Of a stretch of DNA of 64,000 bases, positions 42,011-54,500 are shown piece by piece. The notes below the pieces were generated by a model. It saw only the letters and a list, made by a program, of their open reading frames with translations. It had not been told where the DNA came from and ran no database searches. The DNA comes from Acanthaster planci (Eukaryota). The stretch spans positions 3,392,646-3,456,645 of the forward strand of contig NW_019091355.1 in assembly GCF_001949145.1 (NCBI RefSeq), read 5' to 3'. Each line of letters starts with the position of its first letter. Within the stretch, counting starts at the first letter, position 1. Made by a program: the position numbers and the translations under genes.

Positions 42011-42166
42011 GGCTGGATTCAAGGCTAAAGGAGAACAAGGTGAAAAAGTGGCTGGATCTAAGGCTAAGGGAGAACAAGGTGAAAAAGCGGCTGGATTCAA
42101 GGCTAAGGAAGAACAAGGTGGAAAAGCGGCTGGATTCAAGGCTAAGGGAGAACAAGGTGGAAAAGC
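42011..42166 (+). repeat. 39-bp minisatellite, 4 copies
   Basis: Unit ggctggattcaaggctaa(a/g)g(g/a)agaacaaggtg(a/g)aaaag(t/c) repeated four times. Confidence 0.92.
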
Positions 42167-42873
42167 AATCCTCTTATTTACAATTTACACTGCTTGAAAT
42201 GGTTAAAGATCAGCTTGAAGCTAGCCTGATGTTCATGGAAGGAAAAGGTGCTATTTGTATTACTCCAGAAATTCTACTTTAATCTCATTCAAGCCCAAGA
42301 TCTGCCTCACTTGCCCACTGTCCTTTTGGACAGGGTAATTTCTGTATTATCAAGGTACAAAAGAGTAAACATTCTGTTAAGAAAATGTACATACAATACA
42401 TGCATTGGGTAGTCTCGATCAAAACCACTTTTCGATCTACACATGTAGTTTACACAGTGTTTCACGGAATGGCACAATGAGGTCTATGTCTCCTTAAATA
42501 ATGCTCAAGAATACAGACTATGGCGATATCCAAGGTGTATTCTATCAGTCAAACTGGTAGGTACATGCAGATGTTGCTAATCTTAATGAGTTTAATTAAT
42601 CAACAGCTTCATTGTTTGAAGGCAGAGGATAAACCGATTACACCTGTTAACACTAACTCTTGAAGTACAGAATTACAGTGACTGATCCAAAACTCCCAGT
42701 CGGTACTTGACTGATACTGAGCTTTAGAAACTGTACATAAATGATTAAAGAACAGTTTTGTGTTGGTTCAAGAGTGGACAGATTTAAAACTTTGAATTCC
42801 CCTAGCTAAAGATACTATTGCTATATCGCAGGATTCAGGGGCAGTCTCTTACCAAGTTAAAAGAGAGATGCCT

Positions 42874-43099
42874 GGGGCATTTTTCAATACTCAACTTCGG
42901 CTACGTCTCAGGCTTCAACTGTTTTTTACTACCTGACTTTGAAGCTGTAAGCGCACTAATTAGTCTAATAGTGCCACAAAACATCAAATAAGATAAAAGA
43001 GAGCAAAAACGTACAGTAATCCAATTTGATTTAAACACTTCAGTCCCACAATCGGGCATTGGTTTTGGGAGATGAAGTTGAGTATTGGAAAACGGCCCC
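42874..43099. mobile_element. PIF/Harbinger-type MITE family B, second copy (inverted relative to 15761-16000)
   Basis: TIRs ggggcatttttcaatactcaacttc / gaagttgagtattggaaaacggcccc. The internal sequence is the reverse complement of 15761-16000. Confidence 0.7.
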
Positions 43100-44936
43100 G
43101 ATCTTGATGCATTGCTGATGTAGACACTGCAAAATGGTACAAGGGCACCAGACTAGTCCAAGACTGGAGTTTAATGGAGTATGGAGATGGAATTTAAGAG
43201 TAACGTGGCTATTAGAAAAAAAACACTTGTAATACCAAGTCCTAACAATTCAACTCACAAATGGCTTAATCACAAACTCATTTGACCAACATGCAGCATT
43301 TTGAAGCCTATAATTGCAAATACCTGCCTTCATTAGTAATTCGTAATCACATTAGTACTCGTACTGAAATAAAAGGTGGCCTTGAAAACCCACTGAACAA
43401 AACTGTACAGATTAAAAGCACACAAATCTATAGTGAACCACCACACAACATAGTATCACTAAAATTCTGTTTATTTTGCTCTAATTAACTTCTTGTCCCT
43501 AGTTTCAGGGAGGGTGGGGGCAAATGCCTTTAACACTCCACCTGCCCCCTCCCATACCCACATCACTCTTGACACGCCCCTCACACTTTACCACCTGTGT
43601 CAAAAATGACAGACGGACGTAAAAATACATATATATTCACAGCACAGACACGATGCCCACTCAAATAATATTGTTTTGTTGAACAAAGACTTCAGACAGA
43701 CAGAAACAAATACAAAAACATGACAAAAAATATACAGCTTTCCTGATAAATGTTCCAGTTTTATTAGAAAAGAAATTAAACAATTTGTTATTTGCAACCT
43801 CCAAATTCCTGATACAAACAATATACGTGTACAGCTATCTACAACGTCGAGCAGGGCAAAAATCTATCCTTGGAAATAATTTGCCATTTGTAAGTCTCGC
43901 GTAATTTTTTTCCGCTAATTTTGCATACAATCGCTACAATAACTTGTGGCTACACCAGAAAGTTTTTAGCCAGGTTACAAAGATTATTACCCAGAAGTCA
44001 TTATTCAAGCACAGCATTAACAACTCAATAAATAAACCTCGCTAGGATTGCCCACAAGTTGTGCAAAATGTTTTGTGGAACAAAGACGAAAATATCCTAA
44101 AACCTCGAGTGTTTCTTAAAAAACAAAACCACCAAAAAATGTGTACGTTCTACAAACTTAACTGAAAGAATAATAGACGATAATAGAAGAAAAATAAATA
44201 ATCAGACCCAAGAAACAATAATTTGTGCATAATCATTATTAATTTCCACAACAAATTTCAGAAGAGTTTCATTTGATTCAAGATGCACCAAGAAGGTTAA
44301 TATTGTTACCTGTTCAAAGCTATTTACATCATTCTTACTGATTTCTATTGACACGTTTCAGGCCATCGCATCGACTTTTTATACTGGTAAGAACACCCTG
44401 TTCCAGTGGTAATGCCTGCTAAACGAACATTTTTCCCTCAAATTACTGATAGCCTAAAAGCCTATAAATTGGTTGTTTTGGCTAAAGTACTCATGTGAAC
44501 TCAAATCACACAAAAAAAAGACGGAAAAACCATGTCCACAATGTGCACTTCAACTTACTGGTACCAGTGGCATTCTCTTTACAAAGGTACTGTGTTTTCA
44601 CCACTTTGTGAAAGTTTTCTAAAGCTTCGGGAGGCTTGACCCGAGGACAAACATATCTTTGGAATTAGTTTTGAAAACAAAATGAGGCAGAGTTTGAAAG
44701 GACTGTAAGGGGTAACTGTACTTTAATAGTCGCACAAAAAGTGAAATGCAAATCATCAACAGCAAACACCATACTTAGAGCTTTCACATTGCATTTTAAA
44801 GATACTTTTTTTTTAATCAATATTGAAATTCAAAATTTTTTTTAAGGAAGGGGGGTGATGATCTAAAGTCATCGGTTATAAAATACAGTGAATACTGTTA
44901 ACAAGTGCTTAATCCCTGAACTTAGGCCAAGTCTAA

Positions 44937-45135
44937 AGGCGCCTTTCCGTATGCACGTCAACACTTGCGCCAAGCATTGCGTATACGTCAAAATTGCTCC
45001 CGGGCGATTTTGACTGCCAAATGCAACACGTGTGTGTTATGCTAATGGCGTCAATTTTTGTGTCCACGGAAGTGAAACGCTAAAAGGCGTTGTGTACGCA
45101 ATGCACCTGAAAAATGTACATATGGAAAAGCACCT
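44937..45135 (+). mobile_element. Harbinger-type MITE family C, full-length copy, in the putative MCU 3' UTR
   Basis: TIRs aggcgcctttccgtatg / catatggaaaagcacct with a TAA duplication on both sides. Confidence 0.7.
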
Positions 45136-45535
45136 TAACCCTAACCCCCCTCAATCCTTCACCTGTCGGAGGACTGAGGAGTGTTAGGGTTAATAATTCT
45201 AGCGATAGGTATGTACGCCATCAACGATGAAACTCAACAAGCTAGGCCAACACCTGCTTACGTATTGTGCTATTGAACGTGCTCCTGGTGTAAACCCCCG
45301 TATTCCAAGCACACATAAACTGTAACAACTAAGTACAGAGCCGGGTCGGGTCCTGTTTTACAATTAGTAAGGACTGGAATGCTATGGAGCCTCAACCACA
45401 TGAAAACGGCATTGAATGGTTCAGCTTGATTGAATATGGTTCCATAACTCGTTCTTGGCTTGTACTGGTTGAGAAGGCCTCCTTCACTGATAATCTTTTG
45501 CTTTTGGGCAGAGGATGGAGCGAAGGGGGGACCCT

Positions 45536-48500
45536 CTATTCTTTGAATGCCTGAGATGGGGATGGGGTGATTGGGAGGTGAAGGGTCAAGGGGTCACGCA
45601 GCCTCCTCAGGTCCTGCTCCAGCTGAAAAGGGGGTAGAAATAAAATCGTACGAAATTGACATCTGGCAGGCCATAAAATCCAAAGATAAACAAATCAATG
45701 AACAAATGGGATCCGCTCTCACAGAATGAGTCTCGACTATCAACATCATTTCTCACGGGCCCCGAGCGGGGCCAAGAAAAGGCACAATTTTCCCAGCAAC
45801 AGAGGTTCCTTGGTCAGGAACTGCACTCCACCACCAACAAACTGAATGCTCCTCACCAACACGGCTCTTTTCAACCAATAAAAGGGTGCGTCTGAAAACC
45901 ACTTCGGGCCGAGGGCATTTATAAATGTTGATTCTGCTAGGTCAGAGTATTTTTATTTTTTTCTGTTTTCAAAATTTTTTAAAATTCATATCTTCATTTA
46001 CTGGAGACGTGCACCCACACGAATGACTGTCTGGTGGCTACTCTAATCTGACAGACAAAATCTATTGACGTCAAGAGTATTTCAGCCAGGCTGCTGACTT
46101 CTTAATAGGGGCCAGATTAGCGTGCAACGGTATTGTATCGCTCATCAGTAAAGCACTGGAGCTCTTTTGTCCCTGGAGGTAATCCGCTCGCACTGAATGC
46201 CACAAACAGTGGTATACTGTTTCAAAACAATGCTGGATTATCTCCGCTATTGAGAGTGAAAAAATGTTGGTAATCCCCAGTAGCCTGGTCTTTTGTTATG
46301 AGTACGGTCTTCTGTTACAAGGCCCAGTTCCCTTTGTCCGACTTTGGACACCTGGCTGTGCATATAAAGAATACGTGTCCCAAACTGGGCTCCCTGGCAG
46401 CAAGTGGTTAAGGCGGATGGTAATTTGGTTTAATTTACATTAGAAAGAACGAACTTGGCCTTGTTTTAAGTATTGCTAAATTTGACACCCTGAACAAAAT
46501 GATCGTTTTGAAAAATTGTGCGTTTCTGTTCCTGATGTCCACTGAGCAAAATTGCTTGAAAAGTCTTTAATTCAGAAAGAGGCTCTGGCCATTGCAGCGT
46601 CGGTTCAAAAATACATGTTCTGAACAAATCTAACGAGGTTCCTGTCGCATGTCACGAGAGATGAACAACGAGGGATCAGTGCATTGAGGCCCTTTGTTAC
46701 AGCTTGTTTTTATGAGACACGGACAACCGACCCGTCACACGGCTCAGCTCACCTGCGAAATTTGATCCCGCAGCTTGTTGTACTTCTCTATGTCCATTTT
46801 CTTCTTCTTGGCGTTTCTATGGAAACTGACGAGGTACTGCCTGTCCCGGGCATCCAGATTGGTGTAATCCTGCTCCCGGCCAAAATGGAGTGAGATACAA
46901 AGTCCTTGTGAGTTTTTTTTTTCTTTCAATTGAGAACTTTTTTCAATTCACTTTCAAACTTACTGTACGGAATATTTGGAACCTTTTTGGTATATCCTTC
47001 ATTTTCACATCCATTTACAACTGTGCTATTACAAGCACACTGGGACTGTGTCTCGCAACTAGCACAGAATGCAATGAAACTTTGTCCAAAAATATTAAAT
47101 TTGAGTGAATAATGAAACTGACAACCAGCTGAGCTTTAACTAAATTGTATACGTGTAAATGAAACCTTACCAGTGGAGCACACATTTCAATTTTTTATTT
47201 TTTTTGGGGGGTGAGGAATTTTGAACTACACTCCAATAGTTAAAGGATTAAAATATGTTACACCTATGATGGGTTGTACATGAACATGCATGTACACTCA
47301 ATGTAAATGTGGCCAACAGCACTTCCTGAAATTGAGTGCATGACCTCTCCGGCTGACACAGACGGCTGTCACTTTACAGACAGCCGTCTGGGAAGTCACG
47401 AATACAAAAAAAATGAGGGAAAACTCTCAAGTCGCTTTGGCAATCAGGAAGTCGGTTGATCGGAGAAGACTGGCTTTTTTTTCAGCTCCAGGTTTCTCGG
47501 AAAAAAATACCTTGCATACACGTATGAAGGTACAGACTTTCAGTGGCTGATGATGAATGGACGTGCCCTTTCGAAAGAAAAATAACGTTTTTTTCTTCAG
47601 CCTGAATGGAGTTCTGTATCTGGCTGCATGCCTGTCTTGTCCGTCACCAGCTACATAATGCAGTAACCATTTGAATTATTCAATGCATATTGCTGTTGTC
47701 ATGCACAATCGTCTTCATGCATACAGAAATGTTTACAATCCCATAAGCTGCTTTCATAATCAGATTTTATATGCTGATGCAGGTGCACGGTTGAGATGCC
47801 ACAGCTGTTCATAATCTGAGAAGCATTACGTTACTTTCTTCAATAGATAATCTATTTATAGATAATCTATTTCAATAGCATTAAGCCTTCTATTAATAGT
47901 CTTTCTCTTGATGGCTTGTACACCTTTTGACCCCTATTTATCGACAAACTATGAAACTGGAAGACAAAAACACACGCCTTTTCTACTGAGTGCAGCCAAT
48001 AAAATGAGCACGCAGACGGATTGTAAGGTATTACACCGGTAAAACAACAGTTTAACAAAAATAAGCATGGATGTACCCGTAAGCTAATCGTGTGACTACA
48101 ATTAGACGCCATTACTCTGTGCAGGTGTGTGAGGTTAATGAACGGGCTGCTTTTACAAAATGACTTGACCTCAATTAAAGAACACGTGTGAGTGAAGTGC
48201 CACTACGGTAATCCATGGTCAAGAAAAGATCAGACAATCGATTCCTTCAGCCATGAAATGGGCTTTTTTTTGGGGGGGGGGTGAGTCGCAGTGCAACTGG
48301 CTACAAATTAATGAGCAACACAATTCCAACTGAAAAAGTATTTATTTTCCCCCCCTTTTTTTCTAGGACAACATTTGATGAGCTTTGTCACAAAGCCTCA
48401 TTACTACATACAACCAAAGCTCGATTTTATCTTGCCATCAGGAATGTGAAGTTTAAAGCTCATCGTACTCACCTGTCTTGTCAACACAAAATAGCTGTAC

Positions 48501-51500
48501 AAGACGATCAGCCCGCCGTACGTCACAAAGTAGGTGATGGGTTCCACGATATCCCAGGAGTACTCCCACCACGTCAGCCGGGCCAATAGCCCAAACTGCA
48601 GGCCCATGTAGCCCAGCCCGCCCCACACCCACCAGTTGGCGTTACGGGCTGCCTTGCGATCCAGCTCCGCCCTCAACTGCAGAAGCAAAACCTCCAAATC
48701 TCAGCTCCTCAACTGAACACTTGCATCATTTGACATTTTCTGGGTCATTTGAGGGCACACAACAAAGCGCTGGAAGCACACTTATTCAACACGCACAGAG
48801 CTTGGCTTACAATGAACTTGTGTACTGGCTACATTTGATCAATTTCGTGCTGAAATTGAACTTGGACTGAGTATAATGATTTTGCTGAAGACTCAACTCC
48901 TTCCAGCAGCCAAGTCCAGTTCCCTCAAGAAACCAAATCCCGATTATCAGATTTTAGGGAAGAATGTCACATCATTTTATGCCTTGATATTTACAGACTT
49001 TTCTAAAATTTGCTTTGCATGGGAAATTTGGAGTCGGGTTCCCAAGTGGAACCGTAACCCCCCGGATGGGTTTCGAGTAATGCCAAAAATGATCAGCTGC
49101 CCAAGCCTACTGACCTGAGACAATTCTTCGATAGAAAAGCAAGAAATAGAATTATCTGAAAGTAGATACTGTTCTTAACACTGCACAGGCCCAATACAGA
49201 GAATTCCATTCTGGATACAAAAGTTGGAAAAGTTTGTGCCTCTCTTTGATTACCCCCCCCCACCCTTGCCTAGGTCCACCCTCATCCTGGCATGAGCTGA
49301 CCTTTTCCAGCGGCTCAATCTCCACTTTCAGATTCTCCAACTGTCCCCGGAGATCCTTTTCTTTCTCCAGCTGGTGCTGCTCCACGTGCAGAGTGGAGTA
49401 CAGCTGGTAGATCATGGACTTCACGTCCGCCATCGTTCTCGCATCCTCGCTGATTAATTTATCTGAGTGAGAGGAACAGACACTGTAAATTGGGCATGCT
49501 TGTCTTTTTGGTGGTTACTGCAGTCTTATAGAAAAATGTGACCAACAAGAAGGAAACTGGAATGTCACACATGTATCACAGTCTTTGCCTACTTCGGTTG
49601 ACTGCAAAGAACAAAAAGTGCTTCGCAGTTTATGTGGTCAGCTTTCCAAAATCCAATCGTTGGTTTGTCATCAACTGGATTCTCATTGACAGGCTAAAGA
49701 ACATCACAGGAGCGAGATGGTAATTTATTTCTTTATAGAATCTATTTCGCAGATCAAGTTTCACGGAGTAACATGACAAGAAATTATGTTGTCAAACGCT
49801 GGCTTGTTTACTTTATACAGCTCAGGGCACAGTTTTAGGACTGTTTGCGCTGAGAAGACAGTTGGATTTCCAATTCATTAACATGCTCCATTTATCATTT
49901 CACAGCCTGGCCCTACATTACTCCCCGTCTGAAAACCCATCAGTGCAAGGAAGACTTCACATGAACCTGCTAGTCAGCAAACATGAGTCTGATAACTAGT
50001 TTTCGAGATGGCATTTTAGGATGATCCTTCCCGGCACTGACTGTATTGGTAATCATTAATTTGAAAGCCGCGGGGGAGGGTGCAAAATAAGTGCCATGAA
50101 AATCATCGCCTAGACTGAGCAGTTAATAATTGTCGCATACAACCCTCCGAGATATTTTCCTTCCCCAACCCTCTCAACGACCACCTTCACAGCCGTCCTA
50201 TTTATCATGCCCGCTTAATTCCATGATCCAATACTCGGCTTGATTAAATTTATTACCGTTTTGGCTGGGCTAAAAAAATAAATAAATGTACGCTACGCCT
50301 ACAACCCTATAAAGGGATGAGAAATGGATGTTTAAATGTTCTGTGCATAACCCACGTAGACATACACACTGTACAATTATTGTACATGTATGCGCGTATG
50401 CATTTGTACAAAAATGCAAGTCCAGAGGGTTTTTCTCCCTGATTGCTGTTGTTATTGTTTATTTTTTGTCCTATTTAACACTCTCTCCAAACAAAGACTG
50501 AGAAGGCAAACACCCATGCGGAAAGTTGGAAAACAGACCCAACATTCCTTACAAATTCTGTGGTTGTTATGGAAATGTGTGCTTTCAATTTTCTCCACGT
50601 TTACAGCCAGCGTACTTGCCAGACAAAACATGAGTATGGCAGGTTTTTACCGATATGTAAGTGTTACAATTCCAATCTGAGATCTCAGATATACAGAACA
50701 AAATGGTATCGTACATGTACGTAATACAACCAAAGCAATGGACGATCAAAGACCAAACGAAACTGTACATATATACATGTAGATGGTGGATCTGTTGACA
50801 TGGACATGACTCAATACTGCACTCAATACCACAGGATCCAGGAGATTCCCGCTGCGTAAGGTGAGCCTATGCTGTTATCAAATTCATTCTGGGGTATGCA
50901 GCTGATTTTGTGCCACGTCCTGGTGCAGTAAGACAGGGTCAAGATTGAAGGATAGTTTCTTGTAGACTTTGTAACTGGTAGATGTATAAGGTTTCTTTAA
51001 ATCGTACAGGTATTGGGATGCCACCGCAGTTACTTTTGGCCATAGGTGAGGATTTACAGTGATGCAATAAAAGAGAAATTAAATTTTAACAATGTAATAA
51101 ATATGTAGAAAAAGACTCATAATTTAAGCCATTTTAAATAGTAATTTTGTTGTCATACTCTTTAAGTAACAGTCAGACTGAGGGTTGGAGTTTTGTGGAC
51201 ATCTACGTGTACAAGAATTGTGAAACAATACACCCACCCCTCCCTTGAAAATTAACCCCTCCCCTAAAAAGAAGCATCCCGATTCCAGTAATTTCCATTT
51301 CTCTCTGTTTACTGCCAGTGTCCAGTTCTGTTCAAAAATATGTCATACTATTGATTAAGAACGGTACACTGAGCATGACACATTAAATTTATCAGGGCAG
51401 GTTTCAAGACTGCCGGAAGAGGGGGGGTCTCACAGAAAAAGACGTCTAGACGCAGCCCCGAAACTTAACGAGGCAATGCCGGGGCGGGAGACGGGGAAGA

Positions 51501-54500
51501 TTGTAATTACTCAGTGGTGCCCTACCTCCCAGCAAGACAGAGTCATCCTGAAAGACAGCAATTGTCTTCTGAGAATGTGATCCTACCATCGTGTTGAGTT
51601 AGATCTGCTGTTGGAGATTACAAGCACAGCCTTCAGCATGATGTGGTGCACGTACATACATGTATACATTGTGCAGTTAGAACCTAACAGTTCTGTGGTA
51701 TTTTTATGAATGATCGGACTCTCAAGTCTAGGCCTGGGGGAGTATATGAATCGCATGATGCAAGGAAGGAGAGGAAATGTATGGTATACTTTTAAAAAAA
51801 TTTAAAAATGATGGTACTATCCAACAATGGAATCATCGTAATTTTTTCCTTTCACTTTTGCGCTCTCTGATAAAAGGTCAAGAAAAAAATCTTTGTCTGG
51901 GACGATAAAAAAATAATAATAATATAACTACATGTATTTGTGAGTATAATCACACCATCACATACACAGTAACTGTTTTGTGAATGTCCGATGAGAAGTT
52001 TGTTATAGCATCAATGTGTTTAATATCTCGACCTCTGTAAGCAAGATAGGCATGACTAACAGAGTCAGTTTTGCCCTCTACAGTTCCAGCAAGAATGGAA
52101 TGACGTGTAAATAATTCACGATTGTAACTGAAGCAGGTCAAAGGTGACAAAGGAACTACCCCTGGGGTTTCCCAGTTTCTCCTTCTCTGATGGCAGTATT
52201 ACTTTCATCATAGGATCAAATTTATTCATAAATATTTATAAATGTTTAGAAACAGTACATGTATATCATGGTCTAGTGACAAGAATGACATCATCATGTG
52301 TGACATGAAGGCATCTTTTTCAGCAATGAGGTGAAATTCCAGAGAAGGAATTTTGGTCTTCATCTCCTCTTACTTTCACTTCTTGCGTCTTGAGCGCCGA
52401 AATTTTATGCTAGAATTTCCCCTTTAAACACCTCCACAGCCCTTTTCGGAGAAGCCATTTACATGAAACCAACCTTCCCCCACAAATTTCCAAACACAAT
52501 CAAGTCTAAAAGTTCCCAGCGGCGTAACATTTCTCGGCACAAATGACCCCAAATCATGGGACAAGCCTGTTGCCTACATGTACGATCTTCATGTGAATGC
52601 GATCTGTCAAATCCACAATCTTCAAGTCGCACCACCGTCAGAGATCTGGTCGCGGTGCACACTTTAGATTATGAACATCACTGGACCGCAGGTACAAGTA
52701 CCTGCAAGTCCTCCATCACCGACAATACAGTCATAATTCATTCCTGTAAATATACAGGTACCGGGGAGATTGGGCTATTAAGCAAATACACATAATTTAA
52801 TAGAGGTGCTCCTGTTTACATAATGTAATAGCAATGCTGCTGTTTACTACGTGTATTTTGGAAAAGAAACGTGCACCCTTGCCGAGTTCAGACGAAAGCT
52901 AACAAACTCAGTGAAGTGCAGCGGCAAAAAACACACACAGAAAAAAAAAGCTCCATCAGTTGGTGATGGGTCCCTTTCGGATCAAAAAAATCAATTCTAC
53001 CCTGGGGTGATTTCCTCTAGCGAAGAGCCAGGCGGCCGGCGTTATTGACACTGTGGCACCTGCGATGAAGTAATCGATTTTGGAAAAGTGTCGTCCCTGT
53101 AATGACATGGTTGCACCGGAGAAAGACAACCAATGAAGAGTTTCACTGATAGGATGAATGCGCTAGCAAATAGAGGCGAATTTGTCAACATCGAAAGAAT
53201 GCGTTTATTGTTCATAGACATGGGTCGCTCGCTATGAGAAGTGCGCACATAAACAGGATGCCATACCCCAGCTCAGGTATTTTGAAGGCACATTCCTTCC
53301 CGATTACAAATTCACTTCGCCAAGCTCAGACATACCAGAATTTGCATCCTTGTGGAGAAAGTCAGGATTATAAATTCAACCAACTGTGCGAAAGTGATTC
53401 CTGGAAACTGTGCTTTGAATTGACAATAAAAGCAACGGTGATTTTCCCTGTAGGTGGATGTCTGTGGGTCGTTCCATGAGGCTGGGGCACAATTTGTGAC
53501 GGTGCCCATTGTTGAGTGGGTTCTGTAAAAATAAACAGCTATTTCCCTGCATGTGGATTCCTAATTGACATCGTTATACATCTAGCAAGGCCGAATACAG
53601 AGGTGTGTGTTATTTTTAGAGAATAAATGACCTACTCTACAGGTCATGACAGGTGGTGAAAGTTACCCATGTATAACAAGGACACCCATTGTGCCCCAAC
53701 TTCATGAAATGACCCCTGTACCAACAAATCAAATCCATTTTGGTTTCAATATCTGCATGCACACACTAAGAGGATTGTTGGCAAATGAAAAGAACTCTCC
53801 AATGTATGGCTTTCAGCAGATCTTACAGTATTGACTTGGTACACGTAGCAAGGCACACATGTACATCAATCTCTTCAACAAAAGTCACTCTGTCCACCAT
53901 CTCACGCCCAATGTACATACTTGTTCAGCAAAGCTGGTTATGTTCCTGACGTCAGTAACTGCAACATGTGTGTGTGAGCTTTGTGACAAAGATAGAACTT
54001 CGCTTGAATGTGGGGTTGTTTAATGTTTCGAATGCCTGATGAGACATTGTTTATTTAAATAGATGGGGTAAGAAAGCTGGACTGTGGGCCATGCACAAGT
54101 ACATGTACATAGGTGTACCACAACATATACATTTGGGACAGTGCACAATTTCAAGAGATAGAAAGCAAGCATCAAAATTATCTCTTTCGGCCTTTTTTGG
54201 AGACATCTGGTAACATTTGAAACAAGGCAGTTATATGTAACCCTTTGTTCTGCTAAAAAGAGGATGTTTATTCTCCACAAACCATGCTTGACAAAACATC
54301 CGCAAGCATCTCGTTTTGCAACTGGGCTACACAGAAAGGAACAAAAACATCCTGATCAACTACATTTAACGGCCTGGGGTGGGTGACAAATGAAAATTTG
54401 TGTTTCAACGGGATACACGTAGGCCGATTTTTATATTTGGTGTTAAGCACAGTTCAATTGGTTGATAAGAAGTTTTGGCCTAACTTTTTTTACAGGTGCA

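Noticed and set aside
47541..47606. CTGATGA...GAAA hammerhead-like string on the + strand
   Set aside because: Stem I cannot form next to the core, and the CTGA is itself paired in a simple inverted repeat (ggctga/tcagcc).
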